Part shown: piece by piece, positions 24,744-37,945 of the stretch
How positions within the stretch are numbered: position 1 is the stretch's first letter
How the letters are laid out: the number at the start of each line of letters is the position of its first letter
Assembly: GCF_004010195.1 (NCBI RefSeq)
Contig: NC_057735.1
Span: 23,233,122-23,297,121, forward strand
Source of the DNA: Chiloscyllium plagiosum
Taxonomy: Eukaryota
Length of the DNA: 64,000 nt
Direction: 5' to 3'
The notes under the pieces: generated by a model
Database searches by the model: none
What the model saw: the letters and a program-made list of their open reading frames with translations, nothing else
Told to the model about the DNA's origin: nothing
Translations under genes and position numbers: made by a program

Positions 24744-25450
24744 GAGGAACAGACGGATCATAGGGTCCATGTTCATAGATCCCTCAAAGTTGCCACCCAA
24801 GTTGATAGTGTTGTTAAGAAGGCATATGGTGTGTTGGCTTTCATTAGTAGGGGGATTGAGTTTAAGAGCTGCGAGGTTATGTTATAGTTCTATTGAGTCC
24901 TGGTTAGACCACACTTGGAATATTGCATTCAACTCTGGTCACCTCATTATAGGAAAGATGGTGGAAGCTTTAGAGAGGGTACAAAGGACATTTATCAGGA
25001 TACTGCCTGGACTGGAGAGCATGTCTTATGAAGAAAGGTTGAGGGAGCTAGGGCTTTTCTCATTGGAGCGAAGAAGGATTGAGAGGTGACTTGATAGACG
25101 TGTACAAGATGTTGAGAGGCATAGATAGAGTGGATAGCCAGAGACTTTTTCCCATGGCAGAAATGTCTATTACAAGAGAGCATAACTTTAATGCAATTGG
25201 AGAAAGGTTTACGGGAGATGCCAGAAGCAGGCTCTTTACTCAGAGTGTGGTAGGTGCATGGAATGCATTGCCAGCAGTGGTAGTAGAGTCAGATACATTA
25301 CAGACACTTAAGTGACTATAGGATAGGCACATAGAAATTAGTACATTGAAAGGTATGTAAGTTAGTCTGATCTTAGAGTAGGATAGAAGGCCAGTATAAC
25401 ATCGAAGGCCAAAGAGCCTGTACTGTGCTGTACTGTTCTGTGTTCTATGT
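24744..25450 (+). mobile_element. CR1 3' fragment
   Basis: ORFs read ALERVQRTFIRILPGLE...ELGLFSLERRR and RGDLIDVYKML...VGAWNALP; (TGTTCT)n tail. Confidence 0.9.
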
Positions 25451-26095
25451 AGATATCATAATTAATAGCAAGTAAATTAATTTTAAATTGCAAGGGCAGT
25501 TGTATCTATTCTTTTGCATCTTTAAAGAAGACCTTATGTTAACTCAATCATAAATGAGCAAATGCTAAGGTACAGAAATCTTTACATCCAGTGAAGTAGT
25601 CATGATTTATGGACTGTCTCAGAACATGGAGTTAAAAAGGGATTTCCAATCATATAAAAAAGAGACCTCACAATTCCAATGCAGATGAATTTATATTTGA
25701 AATTTTGGCAGGACGAATAATGCCCCACCTGCTTTCCCAGAAGCCCTTACATGAATACATCACTGCAATCCTGCACAGGGAACATAAACATGAACTTGAC
25801 ACATTCAGAGGAAAAACTCAATTCTCAAAACAAACCCAGTAAATAGCAGAGAACAATTGCAAGCAGCTAGTTAAAAGCTGCCAAGGAATAGGAAGCGCTT
25901 AAGTCAATATTGAAACATGTCAATCTTCAATGTTCAGAAATTATTAATTATAACAAATGGCAACTAGATTCTGCAATGGAGTCTCATCAGCAAGCCCTGG
26001 AAATACTTGAAGTCCTTTTCAGTCAACAGCTATAGGATCAAGCTATAAAGATCTTGGAGATACAGTATGCCTTGGGGAAGATTAAAGTTTGGCAT

Positions 26096-26724
26096 TGTTA
26101 TGGAATAGGTCAGACCACTCAAGACATTCTTAAGCAGGCAGCCCAGATCATAACTTTGCTATTTGTTTTGGTAAGTGTACAGTGAAAGTTACCCAGAGTA
26201 AGTTAGGTAGGTTGACCACTAGATTTTAAAACAGACAAAAATTTATTCACAAAATTACAGAATGAAACACAAAGAGCAGAATAAAGAATACCTACAGAAC
26301 TCAGTCTATCCAACTAGACTTAATTATGCTGTTCCGAAAATACACAACAGTCCCAATAAACAAACTACCTTCAACACAGAGTAAAAATGAAACAAAGGCT
26401 GACAGGTCAAAGTTAGAAGGGCAGAAGGATAACAAGTTTAGCAGCCTGTTTCCATACAACTCACTGCTGAACTGACTCAAACAAGAGTTTAGCTTTTAGG
26501 ACTGACCACTCCCCTTTCATTATACAGTTTACTTCTAAAACATGAAAGCTGTGGCCTAAAGTCTCATCTGTTTACGCATAACAAAAAGGCCTCCCAATAC
26601 CCTTTTATTCCAATCCAGCCGATTCAGAGCCCGGGCTGTTTTATAAGCCCTCTGAAAGATATCAAGGACACAGTTTCCTTGAGAAAAGGAACAACTTTTA
26701 GATAAAAGGAACAGCTTTGTGACA
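26096..26724. mobile_element. Solo LTR (629 bp) of an LTR retrotransposon or ERV
   Basis: TGTTA...TGACA termini; 5-bp flanks GGCAT (26091-26095) and GGCCT (26725-26729). Confidence 0.75.
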
Positions 26725-27595
26725 GGCCTAAAAAGAAGTTTGAACAGACCAAAGTTAATACACTAGAATTGTTGCAGTCTAAGATCGCAGCAACTGACAC
26801 TCTGAAGCGATATTGAGCCTTGGAGACTTAAAGAAAAGATTAAAGAAGATTTCTAAAAGTCCTGTGTAGAGATAACCAGAGGTCTCTCATATCTTATTAA
26901 TAATAAAGATCATCTGTAGGCTAATGATGATCTTTTTAAAAATGCTGAGAAATACATAGGGAAATAAGCCAATTTGCCATACATCCTGGAGGTCACAGTG
27001 CAAAACAGGAGTTTCAGACAGATTCTGGTCCAGAAGTCCATTTTGTTTTTTGAAGACAATACACTTCTATACTTTTACACGATAATGCACATTTATTAAA
27101 CACTATTTATCTGTAGCGCGATTTGTGAATTGCTGAATTTTTTAAAAAGTGAACTCCCATTAGCTGTTATGCGATTCTTATCCTTGGCACTAGATGTCGT
27201 GTTGCGTGGAGGAGTGGACTCCACCATGTGATCAGTCGGCTTGCACGCTTTCTAGTGAAGAGCTTTGGAAAGATATTATGAGATGTTTGTGCTAGTGGAC
27301 TTAGAAAAGCATTGTGAAAATGTCTCTGCAGCCTGAGGACAAGAACTTAGGAGTAATCTGTTAATTTAAAAACTTAATGAGTTGAGATAAGTGTAATGTT
27401 TCATTGGAATTAGCTATCAGTAAAAGGACAATGTTGAAGAGCAGTTTGAAACTTGACTTTGTTGTTTGTATTAAGAGCTTTTTTCTCTCTCTTTATGTTT
27501 ACAAAATATGTTTTGATGTTAAAGAATATCTGCAGACTCGTGAATCTGTTTCAGTGACTAATTGCCATGGTAACCAACAGCAAAAATATACCAGT

Positions 27596-28417
27596 ACAGG
27601 GGCTTGGACATGGTCAGTCAGCTGCTCAGAGTGGTCAAAGTCAGGAAACATAGTGGGTGAGGGACAGAAAGGTGGTAGCCCACAGTTATTTTTGGTGGGT
27701 GTGTGGAGATGTCCTGAGGGGGTGCGGAAGAGATTCAGGGTTCATCTGATTCAGGGTCAGATGTTGGCGAGGATGAGAGTAAGTGTGGAAGATGAAATGG
27801 TAGATCCAGTAGCAAAGTAAGTGTGAGGTATCAAGAGAAGATGGTGGCATTTTCACTGGCAGAGTGGAGAAGGTCTTTGATCTTCTTCCTACATTCCGTG
27901 CATCCTTTCAGATGGTTGAAACTGCACTGGCCTGGATGGTAACCCTGGTTCAGGTTGGTGTGGTTCCAGTAGAATGGGGTCCTCTGTTAGCCTGGGAGAA
28001 AAGGACATCCTGCCTCTGCATCACCCCATCCTCACCAGCAGCATCTTCATGCCCATGCCCACAAAGAAAGGCACCAATTTTCCATTGTCTCCCAAGTCCA
28101 GAGCCAATGTCAGGAACCATACAGGGCAGCTCTGGACTGACAGCTCTTGTTTGGGTGCACAATATCTTTTCAAAGATGGTGCTGCACCATGAATGTTGGC
28201 CAATTCTGGGATATCCAGGAAGTTGAGTTGTTTTAGAAATGGCACATTGTATGATGGTGCAAGAATGTGTGAGAGGGACACCAAAGGGCGGGTTAAGTAA
28301 TAAATCAGGCAGGTTTTGTAAAATAAGGTGATAGACATCCCCAAGCATCGTGATGTGAAACCCTCCAAAACACTGGACAAAACTGGCACTTTAGTGAAAG
28401 AAAGTATGATTCAGCCC
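27596..28417 (-). mobile_element. Decayed PIF/Harbinger-type fragment with a Myb/SANT-like coding remnant (~27855-28100)
   Basis: Minus strand reads DGVMQRQDVLFSQ...QASAVST...ECRKKIKDLLHSA, the Myb/SANT CRKKxxDL signature. The element starts GGGCTGAAT at 28417 and appears to interrupt LTR-like sequence. Confidence 0.55.
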
Positions 28418-28631
28418 TTGATCTATCAAGGCAGGTTTCATTCTGGGATCTGACTTGTGCAGTGTTACCATTGGATGGGATCAGAAAACTGACTAGGATG
28501 TAATGCAGCCAGCATGTATAGATGCCAATTGAGAGTAGTCAGTTGAAGATTCTGCTGAATCGCACGATACAGTATCATACAACAGGTCAAAGTTTACTTA
28601 GACTGTGCTGGGCTAACTACTATTTCTATTT

Positions 28632-28974
28632 TTAGAATTGGAATCCCTACAGTCTGAAAACAGGCCTTTCGGCCCAACAAATCCACACCAACCTTCCAAA
28701 GAGTAACCCACCCAGGCCCATTCCCCTACTTTATATTTACCCCTGACTAATGCATCGAACCTACATATCCCTGTACACTATGGGCAATTTAGCATGGCCA
28801 ATTTACCTAACCTGCACATCTTTGGATTGTGGGAGGAAACTGGACTACCTGGAGGAAACCCACGCAGACACGAGGAGAATGTGCAGACTCCACACAGTCA
28901 CCAGAGGCTGGAATTGAACCTGGGTCCCTGGCACTGTGAGGCAGCAGTGCTAACCACTGAGCCACCGTGCTGCC
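28632..28974 (-). mobile_element. HE1-type V-SINE (older copy)
   Basis: Collinear with the reverse complement of 44388-44745, with more substitutions. Confidence 0.88.
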
Positions 28975-30050
28975 ATATTGCTGGTAATTTTGGTGGTTCA
29001 CCCCATGCCCTGTTTTTCCCATAGGCCCCATTATTTCTATTTTTGATCACATGGCATTGCACTGGAACACAGAATTACCTGTATTTTCTGATGTTCTTGA
29101 TGACAGAGGAGAAGCCTTATACTGAAGTAGTTATAAAACTGATAGCATTTTCCATTCTAGAACTTAGCAGGGAAATCATCATTCCCTCAACTACAGACTG
29201 TTCTTCATTCTTAGAATGTGGCACAAAAGGACATGAAAGAGAGAAATTTCAATTTGCTGTGTTCCATTTCCAGGACTTGAGATGGTTTCTATGTCAGTAG
29301 GTTATTACTCAATCAGATTTTCCCTGATAGGTTGCCACTGTTGTACAGCCCAAGAATAAGCTATTTCTGAGGAGCTACTACCCCCATTCTACCCTTGCAT
29401 GTATGTTCCAAGATAACATTAAAGGAGCACATACTTACTATATGTCCAGCAGAGAATTCTGCTGGAGATTATTACTTCAACCGAAAGGGAATTGCAAGGA
29501 ATGGAACAGGAGGCTGAAGGGTGATACTGGGAGTAAAGAGTTAAATGGCCATGGTTAAATGCTAATGGTTAAAAGGATTGCTGCAAAAGAACTCCAGCAA
29601 GATGAAGCATAAAGGATTAAAATGCCTCTCTTCATCTGAACATCTGTTAATGGACAATGTCCGGTCATCATGTAGCCTGAGTCTGTAGCATTCCAAAATC
29701 TGCCCTCAGTTATCATCCCTTACACTTAGTTATGTTTAATAAAACCTATCAATGTTCATTTTCCTGTGCATGGACTTCACCTCATCACCATTGTGCCAAC
29801 AATTGGTGGAAGGAGACAGATGCAGTAATCTGCATTCTTTTATTATAATGGTCAGAAAGAATACTCCTGCTCAACCTGATTCCACATTTATATCAGTACG
29901 TTAGGAGTGCTTTCCACCAGTGAAAACCATAATGGGCTCTGCGAGCTTAGTACGTGGCAGGCATAAACTGGAAACGAACCCTCAAAAATGCAGAACCCTC
30001 AAAAATTCAGGATCCTAACCCAACCATTTTGCCATGAGCACACGAACTGG

Positions 30051-32369
30051 ATTTGATCAGGGACCTCGAAGTAAAGGGGCCATTGGAAGGTAGTGACCAC
30101 AATAGAATAAGCTTTAATCTGCAGTTTGAAAGGGAGAAGGTAGAATCGGAAGTGACAATATTTCAGTTGAATAAGGGGAACTATGGAGCTGTAAGGGAGG
30201 AGCTGGCCAAAGTTCAATGGTGCAATACCCTAGCAGGGATGGCAGTGGAGCAACAATGGCAGGTATTTCTGGGTATAATGCAGAATATGCAGGATCAGTT
30301 CATTCCAAAAAGGAAGAAAGATCCTAAGGCGAGGCGGGGTGGCCATGGCTGATGAGGGAAGTTAAGGACCATATAAAGACAAAAGGGAAAAAGTATAACA
30401 TAGCAAAGATGAATGGGAAATCGGAGGACTGGGAAGCTTTTAAAGAACAACAGAGGATAACTAAAAAGGAAATACACAAAGAAAAAATAAGGTGCGAAGG
30501 TAAACTGGCCAAAAATATAAAAGAGGATAGTAAAGGCTTTTTTAGGTATGTGAAGAGAAAAAAAATGGTTAAGACTAAAATTGGGCCCTTGAAGACAGAA
30601 ACGGGTGAATTTATTATGGGGAACAAAGAAATGGCAGAAGAGTCGAATTGGTACTTTGGATCTGTCTTCACTTGGGAAGACACGAGCAATCTCCCAGATG
30701 TAATAGTGGCTGAAGGACCTGAACTGAAGGGAATTTATATTAGGCAGGAAATGGTGTTGGAGAGACTGTTAGGTCTGAAGGCTGATAAGTCCCCGGGACC
30801 TGATGGTCTGCATCCCAGGGTACTGAAGGAGGTGGCTCTAGAAATTGTGGATGTATTGGTGATCATTTTCCAATGCTCTATAGATTCAGGATCAGTTCCT
30901 GCAGATTGGAGGGTGGCTAATGTTGTCCCACTTTTTAAGAAAGGAAGGAGAGAGAAAACAGAGAATTATAGACCAGTTTACTTTGACCTCAGTGGTGGGA
31001 AAAATGCTGTAGTCAATTATAAAGGACGAAATTACAACACATCTGGATAGGAGTAACAGGATAGGTCAGAGTCAGCATGGATTTATGAAGGGGAAATCAT
31101 ACTTGACTAATCTTCTGGAATTTTTTGAGGATGTAACTCTGAAGATGGACAAGGGAGATCCAGTGGATGTAGTATACCTGGACTTTCAGAAAACCTTTGA
31201 TAAAGTCCCACATAGGAGGATAGTGAGTAAGTTTAGGGCGCATGGTATTAGGGGCAAAATACTGACTTGGATTGAAAATTGGTTGGCTGACAGGAAACAA
31301 AGAGTAGTGATAAACGGTTCCCTTTCGGAATGGCAGGTGGTGACCAGTGGTGTGCCACAGGGATCAGTGCTGGGACTACAGGTTTTTACATTGTACCTTA
31401 ATGATATAGATGAAGGTATTAAAAGTAATATTAGCAAATTTGCTGATGACACAAAACTGGGTGGCAGGGTGAAATGTGAGGAGGATGTTAGGAGAATACA
31501 GGGTGATTTGGACAGGCTAGGTGAGTGGATGGATGCATGGCAGATGCAGTTTAATGTGGATAAATGTGTGGTTATCCACTTTGGTGGCAAGAACAGGAAG
31601 GCAGATTACTATCTAAATAGAGTCAAGTTGGGTAAAAGGGCAGTACAACGAGATCTTGGTGTTCTTGTACATCAGTTAATGAAAGCAAGCATGCAGGTAC
31701 AGCAGGCAGTGAAGAAAGTTAATAGCATGCTGGCCTTCGTAATAAGAGGAATTGAGTTTAGGAGCAATGAGGTCCTTCTGCAGCTGTACAGGGCCCTGAT
31801 GAGACCGCACCTGGAATATTGTGCGCAGTTTTGGTCTCCAAATTTGACGAAAGACATTCTGGCTATTGAGGGAGTGCAGCGTAGGTTCACGAGGTCAATT
31901 TCCGGAATGGTGAGACTATCTTACGCTGAAAGATTGGAGCGACTGGGCTTGTAAACCCTTGAGTTTAGAAGACTGAGAGGGGATCTGATTGAGGTGTATA
32001 AGATTATTAAAGGATTGGACACTCTGGAGGCAGGAAGCATGTTTCCACTGATGGGTGAGTCCCGAACCAGAGGACACAGTTTAAAACTAAGGGGTAGGCC
32101 ACTTAGAACAGAGTTGAGGAGAAACTTCTTCATCCAGAGAGTGGTGGGTGTATGGAATGCTCTGCCCCAGAGGGCTGTGGAGGCCAAGTCTCTGGATACT
32201 TTCAAGAAAGAGTTGGATAGAGCTCTTAAGGATAGTGGAATCAAGGGTTATAGGGATAAGGCAGGAACAGGATACTGATTGAGGATGATCAGCCATGATC
32301 ATAATGAATGGTGGTGTTGGCTCGAAGGGCAGAATGGCCTACTCTTGCACGTATTGTCTATTGTCTATT
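30051..32369 (+). mobile_element. CR1 LINE, 5'-truncated ORF2 (end of endonuclease, full RT) and 3'UTR
   Basis: GSDHN, KSPGPDGLHPRVLKE, YLDFQKTFDKVPH, GVPQGSVLG and KFADDTKL motifs in ORFs 30053-32278; (CTATTGT)n tail. Frameshifts and an in-frame stop at 31952. Confidence 0.96.
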
Positions 32370-34344
32370 TATCCAACATGATGGTGGAGTTCTTAGAACT
32401 GGAACTGCGGGTGATTTTTTAATGCTGCCTGTGTTGAGAGTTGAATGGCATGTTGCTGCTTTTTTGGGGCTGGCAGGTTTGGGGCTGTCACTTGAGAAAA
32501 CTGTTCAATTTTAAATGCTCATACTTATGCCGTGAAATGCATCTCTCTTGTAAAAGGAAGTATTACTTTATAATATATAACCAGATTGCTCATCTTGATA
32601 TTGCAGCTTAGTAGATATTAAAATGGTAATTTTGCCAAACAGGATTAAGCTACAATGTGGAAATGGACTACAGGTAACATCATCCAAGTTCACATTTTCA
32701 CTGATAACCTTTCCCATCAGGTGTTAAAACTCTTTGACTGCTCCTGAAGATTGTTTTACATGAACTGCTGGAGATACTCCTAAAGCACAACTAATTGGAA
32801 AACACTTCAATTTCTCACGTGAATATTTTCATTTCCACTAAAAACTCCATAATACAATGGAAACTTTCTTTCCTTGCAAGGATAAAGGGTCACTTGTAAG
32901 GACACTAACAGACCATTATCACGATGAATGTGCAAAACATTTTTGTGTATTGAAACTGGTCATCAAAAATAACTTTTTTAACTGCCATTCATTAAGAAGA
33001 ACATTAGCTGCTCCTGGTGTTTCCAGTGTTATTGTCCAGAAAGCTTCTTGAAATAGCTCATTAAATGAGGGACAAATGGCACAGATCATTACACTGATTA
33101 TGGTCCTGCTGATGTTCACTATGTAGACCAGAAAAATAATTATTCCTTACTAATGGCGAGTTATTTCAGGTAAATCACTTAGGGGATTGTGTGTTTTCAT
33201 TGCCGTTCATTGTGATCCACTGAGGCACTTGTGAATTTGTAGGTGTTTTCCAACTAATACAAACTGTGCCCAGATGCTTAGTGTCTTAGCTTATTTTCAG
33301 CAGGAAAGATTAACAAACACTTGAGGCAGGGGTTTAGAGAAACATATATTTGGATCTATAAAATGCAGTTGAACATTGGATTTTGGGCAGGAGATCATTT
33401 TTGAGGGTGATTCTGCCAGATCACTGTTGGAATTATGTCTTAATCATGGACGGTAAGCCTTATTGCCCTACTACCTAGTAAGAAAACAAAATAATTAAAA
33501 ATAAAGATGCTGTAAGCTCAGATACAATTTATTATATTTTTACTTTTAAATGTGAATGCCATTTGATTTAGGATTTACAATAGTTGACCCAGAAAAGAGA
33601 GAATTAAAAACAAATGCTGTTTCTGAAAGAGTGTATTGATAGTTGTCTGGCATTACAGAGTTTTGAATATTTCTGAAAGAAGAAACATGCTGTAAAAATT
33701 TTTCATCTTGGTCTTGTCAGACCAAATGTAAATTTCAAAGGACGCAACATTTTGTGCTGCCAAGTGAAGGATGCTGATTAGTTGGCATGTTGGCTGCAAT
33801 TTGTTGAGGCATTGACATGGAGAATACATCAACGATCTAATGTTCCCATGCTTTTGTTTCTTTCAAAAAAGGTGCAATGTCTGGACTTGTTCCTTTTCTC
33901 TGCAAAGGACAGATCCTTGGTAAATGAAAATATGTAGTTCATTGCATGCATAACTGGGTCACATTGTAAATATGACTAATTGTAATTTTTTTTGTATCAT
34001 TTTTAGCTCTCTTGGTATAGTTCATTATGTGCTAGCCAATTGTGGAATTACATCTCATTTTCCACATTATGTTCTAAATTCTGCAAGCGCACACTATTTG
34101 AGCATAGTCAGAATGTGCTATATATTCATTGGGATGTACAGCCTTATCTTAGCACTAACAGTAACATTTATATTTCACAACACTTACTTGGCTGATTGGA
34201 AGAATGCCTTTTCATTTGACAGCAGCAACCAGTTCATGGAAAATAGCACTTGAATTGTCACTGCGTGGTAGTGCTGTGAAATGGTCAGCTTCACCTGTTG
34301 CTTGAAAGTTTCATCTCCATTATAATAGTAAGAGTAGATTTTGT

Positions 34345-34720
34345 GTTCTTCTTCTGAGTGTTGATCGAATTGGAGCAACGCTGATTGATCAACTGAGGGA
34401 GAATTATAGCTGGAGTTGGCTGGAAATTTCCTTTCCCAGGTTGCTATGAGATTCATAGGATATGGAAATAGTGTTGACTACCAGGATATCATCCTCCTGA
34501 TTGTATCCCACTGCGATGCACCCTTGGTTGGATCTGCCCTGCTAATGAGACAGGTATAATGATTGACGTGTCTGAGATTTTGGGTCTAAGTGATAATTCT
34601 TTGAGGATGCCTACATCAGGCTGTTGCTAGTCTGTGGACATGTGTCCAACTTCGGGAAAAAGTACCCAAATGTAAGTTAGGAACACGTTGCCATGTCCAG
34701 TGGACAAGGTGTACATTGGC
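34345..34720 (-). mobile_element. Old LINE endonuclease-domain fragment
   Basis: Minus-strand YNSPSVDQSALLQFDQHSEE resembles the YRPP region of an APE domain. Confidence 0.4.
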
Positions 34721-35455
34721 TTTCTTCCAATGTTTCAGTCAATGCGGTTGTCAATCCACTTTCATTTTTTTCATCTGCTATTCTATCTCTATTGTTGCCC
34801 TGACCATAACTTCTGTTTCCTCTTTCAGTGCAATATTCACACCATCTGTTTCCTTTGTAAAGGCAGATGCAAAGTTTTCATTCCATACATTTACTGTGAG
34901 CTTTACATGAAGTTTCCCTTTGGGTCCTTTGGCCCAACTTTATTGCTTATTCTGTAGATGTTTACGGAATGTCTAAGTACTGATTTTAACATGGTATACT
35001 AATCCTTTATTGCTAACCACTCTGCGTCCCAAATTAACTTTTTCAATTCCCTTCAAACCTTCTATAATTTTCCTGGCTAAATAACTGAAGCTCAATCCTG
35101 ATATGGTTTCATAATGTTTATTCTTAATTTTTACTTCCTTAGTCATTAAAGGTGCATTGGTTTTAGTTGCTCTGCCATTTCCTGTCAAAAGAACATGTCT
35201 ATTTTGCACCAAAACTATTTTTTCACTGAATTCCCCCCATTGATATGTAACTGCTTTACACCATATTGTTATTTCCAAACAAATTTACCACAGCAATCAG
35301 CTGACCATACAACTTAGCTAAGTTTTATGAAACCAACATGACATAATTGCAATTGCCTGAATTGAAGTGACCATTTTTATCAAAAGATACTGAAACTCAT
35401 CCATTCAGTCAGGCAGGAATGAATGCTCAACTCTTATTTTCATATAGAACTTTAT

Positions 35456-37527
35456 AAGGTAAAAACAAGAGCTGCAGATGCTGGAAACCAGATTCTAGAT
35501 TAGAGTGGTGCTGGAAAAGCACAGCTGTTCAGGCAGCATCCGAGGAGCAGGAAAATTGATGTTTCGGGCAAAAGCCCTTCATTAGGAATAGAGGCAGAGT
35601 GTCTCCAGGGTGGAGAGATAAATGAGAGGAGGGTGGAGGTGGGGAGAAAGTAGCAGAGAGTACAATAGGTGAATGGGGGTGGGGATGAAGGCGATAGGTC
35701 AGAGAGGAGGGTGGGTGAAGGTTGCAAAGAGTACAATGGGTGAATGGGGGTGGGGATGAAGGTGATAGGTCAGAGAGGAGGGTGGAGTGGATAGGTGGAT
35801 AGGCCGGTAGGACAAGTCATGGGGACAGTGCTGAGCTGGAAGTTTTGAGCTGGGATGAGTTGGGGGAAGGGGAAATAAAGAAACTTGTGAAGTCCACATT
35901 GATGGCCTGGGATTGAAGTGTTCCGAGGCGGAAGATGAGGCGTTCTTCCTCCAGGCATCGGGTGGTGAGGGAGTGGCGGTGAAGGAGGTCCAGGACTTCC
36001 ATGTCTTCAGCTGAGTGGGAGGGGGAGTTGAAATGTTGGGCCACAGGGCAGTGTGGTTGATTGGTGCAGGTGTCCCAGAGATGTTCCCTAAAGCGTTCTG
36101 CTAGGAGGCGTCCAGTCTCCCCAATGTAGAGGAGATCGCATTGGGAGCAACAGATACAATAAATGATATTGATTGATGTGCAGGTAAAGCTTTGATGGAT
36201 GTGGAAGGCTCCTTTGTGGCCTTGGATGGAGGTGAGGGAGGAGGTGTAGGCGCAGGTTTTGCAATTCCTGCGGTGGCAGGGGAAGATGCCAGGAAGGGAA
36301 GGTGGGTTGTAGGGGGGTGTGGACCTGACCAGGTAGTCACGAAGGGAATGGTCTTTGCGGAAAGTGGCTAGGGGTGGGGAGGGAAATATATTCCTGGTGG
36401 TGGGGTCCGTTTGGAGGTGGCGGAAATGTTGTCGGATGATCTGTTTATGCGAAGGTTGGTAGAGTGGAAGGTGAGCACCGGGGGGTTCTGTCCTTGTTAC
36501 GGTTGGAGGGGTGGGGTCTGAGGGAGGAGGTGCGGGATGTGGACGAGATGCGTTGGAGGGCATCTTTAACCACATGGGAAGGGAAATTGCGATCTCTAAA
36601 GAAGGAGGCCGTCTGGTGTGTTCTGTGGTGGAACTGGTCCTCCTGGGAGTAGATACGGTGGAGGCGGAGGAATTGCGAATACAGGATGGCATTTTGCAAG
36701 AGGTAGGGTGGGAAGAGGTGTAATCCAGGTAGCTGTGGGAGTCGGTGGGTTTGTAAAAAAATGTCGATGTCAAGTCAGTCGTCATTAATGGAGATGGAGA
36801 GGTCCAGATAAATTTAAGGTCAGGGTGGAATGTGTTGGTGAAGTTGATGAATTGCTCAATCTCCTCGCGGGAGCACAAGGTGGCACCAATGCAGTCATCA
36901 ATGTAGTGGAGGAAGAGATGGGGAGTCGTGCCGGTGTAACTACGGAAGACAGACTGTTCTACGTAGCAAACAAAGAGACAGGCATAGCTGTGGCCTATAT
37001 GGGTGCCCATGGCTACCCCTTTGGTCTGGGGGAAGTGGGAGGATTTGAAGGAGAAATTGTTGAGGGTGAGGACCAGTTCAGCCAAACGAATGAGAGTGTC
37101 AGTGGAAGGGTACTGTTGGGGACGTCAGGAGAGGAAGAAACGGAGGGCTTGGAGGACCTGGTCATGGTGGATGGAGGTATGGAGGGATTGGATATCTATC
37201 ATGAAGATGAGGTGTTGGGGGCTGGGGAAACGGAAATCTTGGAGGAGGTGGAGGGCATGGGTGGTGTCTCGAACATATGTGGGGGGTTCATGGACTAGGG
37301 GGGGATAGGACAGTGTCGAGGTAGGTAGAGATGAGTTCAGTGGGGCAGGAGCATGCTGAGACAATTGGTCGGCCAGGGTGGTCAGGCTTGTGGATCTTGG
37401 GAAGGAGGTAGAACCGGGCAGTGTGGGGTTCCCGGACTATGAGGTTGGAAGCTGTGGGTGGGAGATCTCCTGAGGTGATGAGGTTCTGTATGGTCTGGGA
37501 GATGATGGTCTAGTGATGGGGAGTGGG
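35456..37527 (-). mobile_element. Penelope-like element (Neptune-like), 5'-truncated: RT, GIY-YIG endonuclease and 3' pLTR
   Basis: ORF 35817-37085: QTKGVAMGT, FLHYIDDC, Cys linker CHRRNCKTC, IIYCICC...LYIGETGR. The pLTR hammerhead at 35558-35585 has a mutated core (CTAATGA). Flanks GAACTTTAT at 35447-35455 and 37528-37536. Confidence 0.95.
35623..35790. repeat. Imperfect ~70-bp tandem duplication inside the Penelope 3' region
   Basis: GAGTACAAT(A/G)GGTGAATGGGGGTGGGGATGAAGG(C/T)GATAGGTCAGAGAGGAGGGTGG occurs twice. Confidence 0.8.
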
Positions 37528-37689
37528 GAACTTTATGACAAGTTTAATGTAAAGGCTATGAAGCAAATCACCTATAATTATGAAGTTTGAAGACAACAAA
37601 CACAGACATTGAAATACACAATCTAGTGTCTATTTCAGGAAGCTGCATTTGACGGAGCAGAGGAGGTTGAGCGAGTTTTGAGAAGGGTT

Positions 37690-37945
37690 GAGGTTCTGGA
37701 TATAAGTTTGCTCGCTGAGCTAGATGACATTTCATCATCATACTAGGTAACATCTTCAGCGAACTTCTGGATAAAGCACTGGCGGTGTAGCCTGCTTTCT
37801 ATTTATATGTTTGGGTTTCCTTGGGTTGTTGATGTCATTTCCTGTGGTGATTGATTTCCTATGGTGATGTCATTTCCTGTTCTTTTTCTCTGGGGTGTGG
37901 TAAATGGGATCCAAATCAATGTTTTGTTGATAGAATTCTGGTTGG
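37690..37945 (-). mobile_element. Penelope pLTR remnant of another family, with a degenerate hammerhead
   Basis: Minus strand CTGAAGA-TGTTACCTAGTATGATGAT-GAAA-TGTC at ~37726-37759. Confidence 0.55.

Noticed and set aside
30295-32302. Several antisense ORFs over the CR1 (also at 53458-54336 and 40742-41089)
   Set aside because: Shadow ORFs of CR1 ORF2; they recur in each copy only because the copies are homologous.
33640-33960. Possible further hammerhead-bearing repeat (minus strand CTGACAAGACCAAGATGAAA at ~33701-33720)
   Set aside because: The core and stem are too degenerate to support from this single copy.
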